The notes beneath the pieces are model-generated. The model ran no database searches, was not told the DNA's origin, and was given only the letters and a program-made list of their open reading frames with translations. The translations under genes were made by a program, and so were the position numbers. Shown here piece by piece: positions 58,379-64,000 of a stretch of 64,000 nt of DNA. The stretch is taken from the NCBI GenBank assembly GCA_964016885.1, contig OZ024742.1:23374001-23438000 (forward strand), given 5' to 3'. Within the stretch, counting starts at the first letter, position 1. Every line of letters starts with the position of its first letter. The DNA comes from Eledone cirrhosa. Its lineage: Eukaryota.

Positions 58379-60287
58379 CTTTCACAATATTTCTAATATC
58401 AGTTATTCATGTAATTAATCTCCGAGGATATAAAAAGAGGCCGCGTTATCTCACGTTTTAATGTTTCCAATGATATTCTTAACTTTCCAAAACTGGATAA
58501 AATCGCCATAATAATATGCCATAATAATATGCCATATTATACAATACCGATATAAGATTGACTATGTTTTACTATATAGACACAAAGCTACACAATTCCC
58601 CAAAATGATATAGTTTATTATATGAAGCCTAGTTTATTACTGGTACTTAAATTGACGATAAATTAGAGACAATATGGACAACAGTGGTTTCTGTAAGGAG
58701 AACGTAAACGGGTTTATTAAGAAACGGCAAGGCAATTTGCTTTACTCATCCATTTTCAACAACCACAATCCTCAATAATAATAATTGTTTCTGATTTAGG
58801 CAAAACGACAACAATTTTGAGGGCGGAGAAAATCAATTAAATGCGTTAATAGTATATCATTTTATTGACCCAGTAAGGATGAAAAGCAAAGCTAACCTCA
58901 ACGACATACGAACTTATAACATAAAGAGCCGTAACTATATGCCGCAAAGAAGGTTATATGGTGCTCTACCGATACTGCTAATCTTTAGCCCTTAATATAA
59001 TGGTTTCTGCCAATCCACCACCCTAATAATAGTAATAATAATAATAATAATATATGATGCTTTTAATTGAAATATTATAAAGGGACATAGAAAAGGCCAA
59101 TTTATTTAGGAAGCTGAATGCATAATTGAATGAATTGAACTTTAAAACACGAAATATATCCTTTCAATTTATATGAAGCTGAGCAATAAAACTGTTATCT
59201 GTTTACACTAAATATATATTTACTAAAACAGTTTGCTCCATTTAGTCATTCAGCAGATCATTAGTTAAATGTTTTCTCCATAGTTTACCTGTAATTTTAA
59301 CTCGACATTTCTTCATTGATTCTCAGTCTACCAGAAGTAAGAACAGTTTGTTGTGAACCTTTTGACATTTATATTAAATTTATTCTTTCACTGCTGGAAT
59401 GTTTGAATAGCTAAACATGTTTACACACTGTTAATGCTGGCTACTATATTGTAACTGGCTAAAATAAAAACAACCATTTTCCTTAAACAGACTAAATGCT
59501 GGCAATGACAATTCTCTGTAGTCTGGTTTATGTTGGTGTCTATAAACGTGTCTTTACAAACTTCCCGTTTATTATCGGCTGCTTTTTCCCACTCTATCAG
59601 TAAATACCATCAAACTAAAGTAATCAATACAAAGTGTGTTTGTATTTTGTTGCCACGCTTTACTGACTCCCATACAGTAACAGAAAACCAGTACTGAAGT
59701 AATAAAATTAATTTTGTCCATGTAATTGTCCGAGAAATTCTACAATGCTACTTAAAGTGACCATTATAACAACTAAGATTTTTCTCTAACGTTACAGCCC
59801 ACATCGTATATTTTGTTTTTAACATATGGACATCTTGATAAAGAAGTTTCATTGTAACATTACTAATGTTAAAACATTAGTGACAGATTAAGATAAGTAT
59901 CGATTAGTGTTTCGATTAACTTAGGATAGTTTATTAATATCAGCTGTGTATGAGTCTGCTTGTAGAGGTAATGGGTACTGAATAGAGACCTCATTAGTTT
60001 TGATTATAAATGTTACAAGTCTCCACTAATCATTGCAGTCAGTAGAAAGTTTTTACCAAGATATAGTCCTTAGATTTCAAACCTATCGTAATTTATTACA
60101 CTTTAACCAAACACAAACATAATTTATGTGTATAATGAATAATTGTTTCTACTTTTGGCACAAGGCCAGCAATTATCCCAGTGTATTACTGGTACTTTAT
60201 TTTATCGACCCCGTAAGGATGAAAGGCAAAGTTAATATATAATGAATAATGACTGACGTAATATAACATATATTATATCATATATAC

Positions 60288-60358
<71 letters not shown>

Positions 60359-60369
60359 CATATATATAT

Positions 60370-60747
60370 ATCGTTATACTTGGGGAGGGTCATGTGTGTA
60401 ATAATATTGCCAGAATTAATAACAGAACACACTCACTGCTTGGTTGGTTTTCGCTTCTGTGTCTTTTATATCTGTTAATTTAATTTATTCGTTCCTCAAT
60501 GTTACCATTGACTGACCAACGGTCAAAAATACAGATACAATATAGACACAAACACATATATATCTAGTCTAACAAAGTTATTTCTTTGCACATCTGCAAC
60601 ATCGTCAGTGGTGCTATTATGTTTCCTCCCGTTGTATTGTATGCTTACGCAATCTTTATTTAGTCTATTTATTTATTTATTTATTTGTTAGAGTCAATGG
60701 TAACATTGAGGACCGAATAAATTAAATTAACCGATATAAAAGACACA
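60370..60747 (-). mobile_element. fold-back element with decayed HHR-like core
   Basis: Inverted arms at 60458-60512 and 60692-60747. Minus strand reads ACCA-CUGACGA-UG-UUGCA-GAUG-UGCAA-A-GAAA at ~60581-60612. Confidence 0.55.
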
Positions 60748-60798
60748 AGTATAACAATATTTGTTTCGACACACGATTTCATATAAAAAACCTCGCAA

Positions 60799-60852
<54 letters not shown>

Positions 60853-60854
<2 letters not shown>

Positions 60855-61033
60855 TATGATTTGTGCTCTGAAATACCGATGTATACACATGAATGTATGT
60901 ATAGTATATTTGGCAATATAACGTATGTTTAATTAAAAACATTTAGAAGACCATACGCTATCGGTTTTATATTGCCAAATATACTATACATACATTCATG
61001 TATACATCGCTAGTTTAGAGCACCAATCCTAAT
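60853..61033. repeat. imperfect fold-back next to (TA)n
   Basis: gtgctctgaa..gatgtatac..catgaatgtatgtatagtatatttggcaatataa is mirrored at 60967-61023. Confidence 0.7.
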
Positions 61034-61199
61034 ACCTAATTTTTGCTGGACCGGCAATCGCTCTTTATAATCGTATAATCAACAGGAGAGATTCCTGTGT
61101 TTCAACACATAATATGATTAGCATATTCGTCACGTTTCTCGTGTATTTCCAACTTATGATCCAAATATTTTATTGGCATTTCACGCGATAGTGCTGCTG

Positions 61200-61590
61200 C
61201 TTGAGTAGTAAAGGTAATATTGATATTGAATGACAAGCCCACGAACAGGATGTCATTGTGTAATGCCAAAGTTGCCATCCATCGTTATCAAGTATAAGGA
61301 ACACGTACTGCAATAGCTTGGGATTCAAGGGATCCTAGCTTTTTAATAAGCTGCCAAAAAATCTGAGAGATCTGTGTGGTGAGCATGTAGATGTTTTCAA
61401 GAGATATATTGATATTTTACTGACCAATATCCCGGTGTGAACCCACAGCACGCGGCGAAGCACAAATAAGAGCAGCAGCAACAAACTCCCTTTTACATCA
61501 AAGTCCAACCAGGAAAGTCTAGCTATAGAATGTGTAGCATCGGTGGCGGTACTCCAGCATGGCCTCAGCCCCTCGGCTGGAATACATAAT
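61200..61590 (+). mobile_element. CR1/L2-group LINE 3' end (decayed)
   Basis: Reads RNTYCNSLGFKGS*LFNKLPKNLRDLCGEHVDVFKRYIDILLTNIP, followed by the short tail ggcggtactccagcatggcctcagcc. A similar tail occurs at ~4995-5040. Confidence 0.7.
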
Positions 61591-62700
61591 CGAATTATAG
61601 AATGTCTTTAATGTTGTTATTGTGTTACCAGAATTCATCTCTGATGCAACATGAAATCATATTTTGCAGGTAGATGAAACAATTAAATGTGACTCAGGGG
61701 TTACAATCCCCCACATCTGGTGCACGAATAATGCTAGTGATATCAGATATATTAGAAGGACACCATATATACACAGCAATATGAGGCAGTATTCATGTAC
61801 GATATTCACGCGACAACATACGTCAGACGCCATGCTTTGCAGCACAGTTACGGCCCTTTACAGTCTGAGTTCAAATCCCCCCGAGGTTAACTTTGCCTCT
61901 CATCCTTGCGGAGTCGATAACATAAAGCACCAGTAAAGTATTGGGGTCGATTTAATCGACTTTCCCCCTCCCACTAATTGTGCCTTGTGCTTATACTAGA
62001 AATCAATATATGGTCCCTAGTACTATTTCGTTATAGCTTCAGTACATTACAATTGAAGAATGTACTTCAAGCGACAACCCTGCTATCAGGAAGCCGTTAT
62101 CATGTTCATGCTACCATATCTACAGAGCAATATGCGTCCTCCTAGATTCATGTAGGCTATTCACACGACAACATATAGTCTCGTTATAGCTTCAGTACAT
62201 TACATTCCACACACAAGAATATATACCATCTTGTACTTCCTGCACGTTATTCACGTGACATTGTGGTTCCTCATATTCCATCGGTTCAATTTCAATACGG
62301 TACTCAGACAATAATCTCTGCTCTCTAATATTTCATTGCTATATTTAGTGCAAGGAAAAGCCAACAAAATCAACAAATACTAAACGACAAACAGTATATT
62401 TCATGAGTAAAGTTAAAAGAGTATGTGATAAGAGGTATAATGTAATAATATACAACTATTCGTCTATTGTTGATTGAATCAGCAACAGAAATGTGAACAG
62501 TAAAACGTGTACTAAGAACTGTTAATGATTCAATGGAATTGGCTATTAAAAACATTTACTCATTAAAGACTAAACTCTCGGGAGGATAATTGCCTACTGC
62601 AAGCCGGTTATTATTTAACTGATATAATAGATATCATTATTAATAGGTTTACTACAGAAACACAACATACACGAATTTTAGATCTCTTTTGCTTGTCATT

Positions 62701-62812
<112 letters not shown>

Positions 62813-62826
62813 GATATATATATGTA

Positions 62827-62874
<48 letters not shown>

Positions 62875-62888
62875 GATATATATATGTA

Positions 62889-64000
<1,112 letters not shown>

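Larger units (their letters stand above)
58133..62005. mobile_element. dispersed SINE A copies at 58133-58298 (+), 58780-58995 (-), 60137-60235 (-) and 61824-62005 (+)
   Basis: Same core. The span is an envelope around separate copies. Confidence 0.8.

Noticed and set aside
57400-60100. LRR-like peptide fragments on the minus strand
   Set aside because: Too many stops and no run of full LRR consensus.

Overview
AT-rich, microsatellite-saturated eukaryotic DNA with no intact protein-coding gene. The SINE families and (TA)n density suggest an octopod cephalopod (inference). Recognisable parts are a decayed L1/Tx1-type LINE (13.3-15.9 kb) plus a second 3' fragment, RTE-like and CR1-like 3' fragments, about 30 tRNA-type SINE copies (often in tandem), an 87-bp minisatellite and a few small DNA-transposon relics. 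The main signal is about 15 type I hammerhead ribozyme (HHR) motifs from roughly ten unrelated sequence families. They lie in short islands, mostly embedded in (TA)n tracts. Many islands are fold-back palindromes whose apex sits in or just upstream of the ribozyme, with an unpaired 3' tail. Others are circularly permuted tandem units of about 550-630 nt. One island retains a Penelope-like (Neptune-type) GIY-YIG C-terminus, linking the set to Penelope-like elements or retrozymes. All folds were done by eye and none has been tested for activity.
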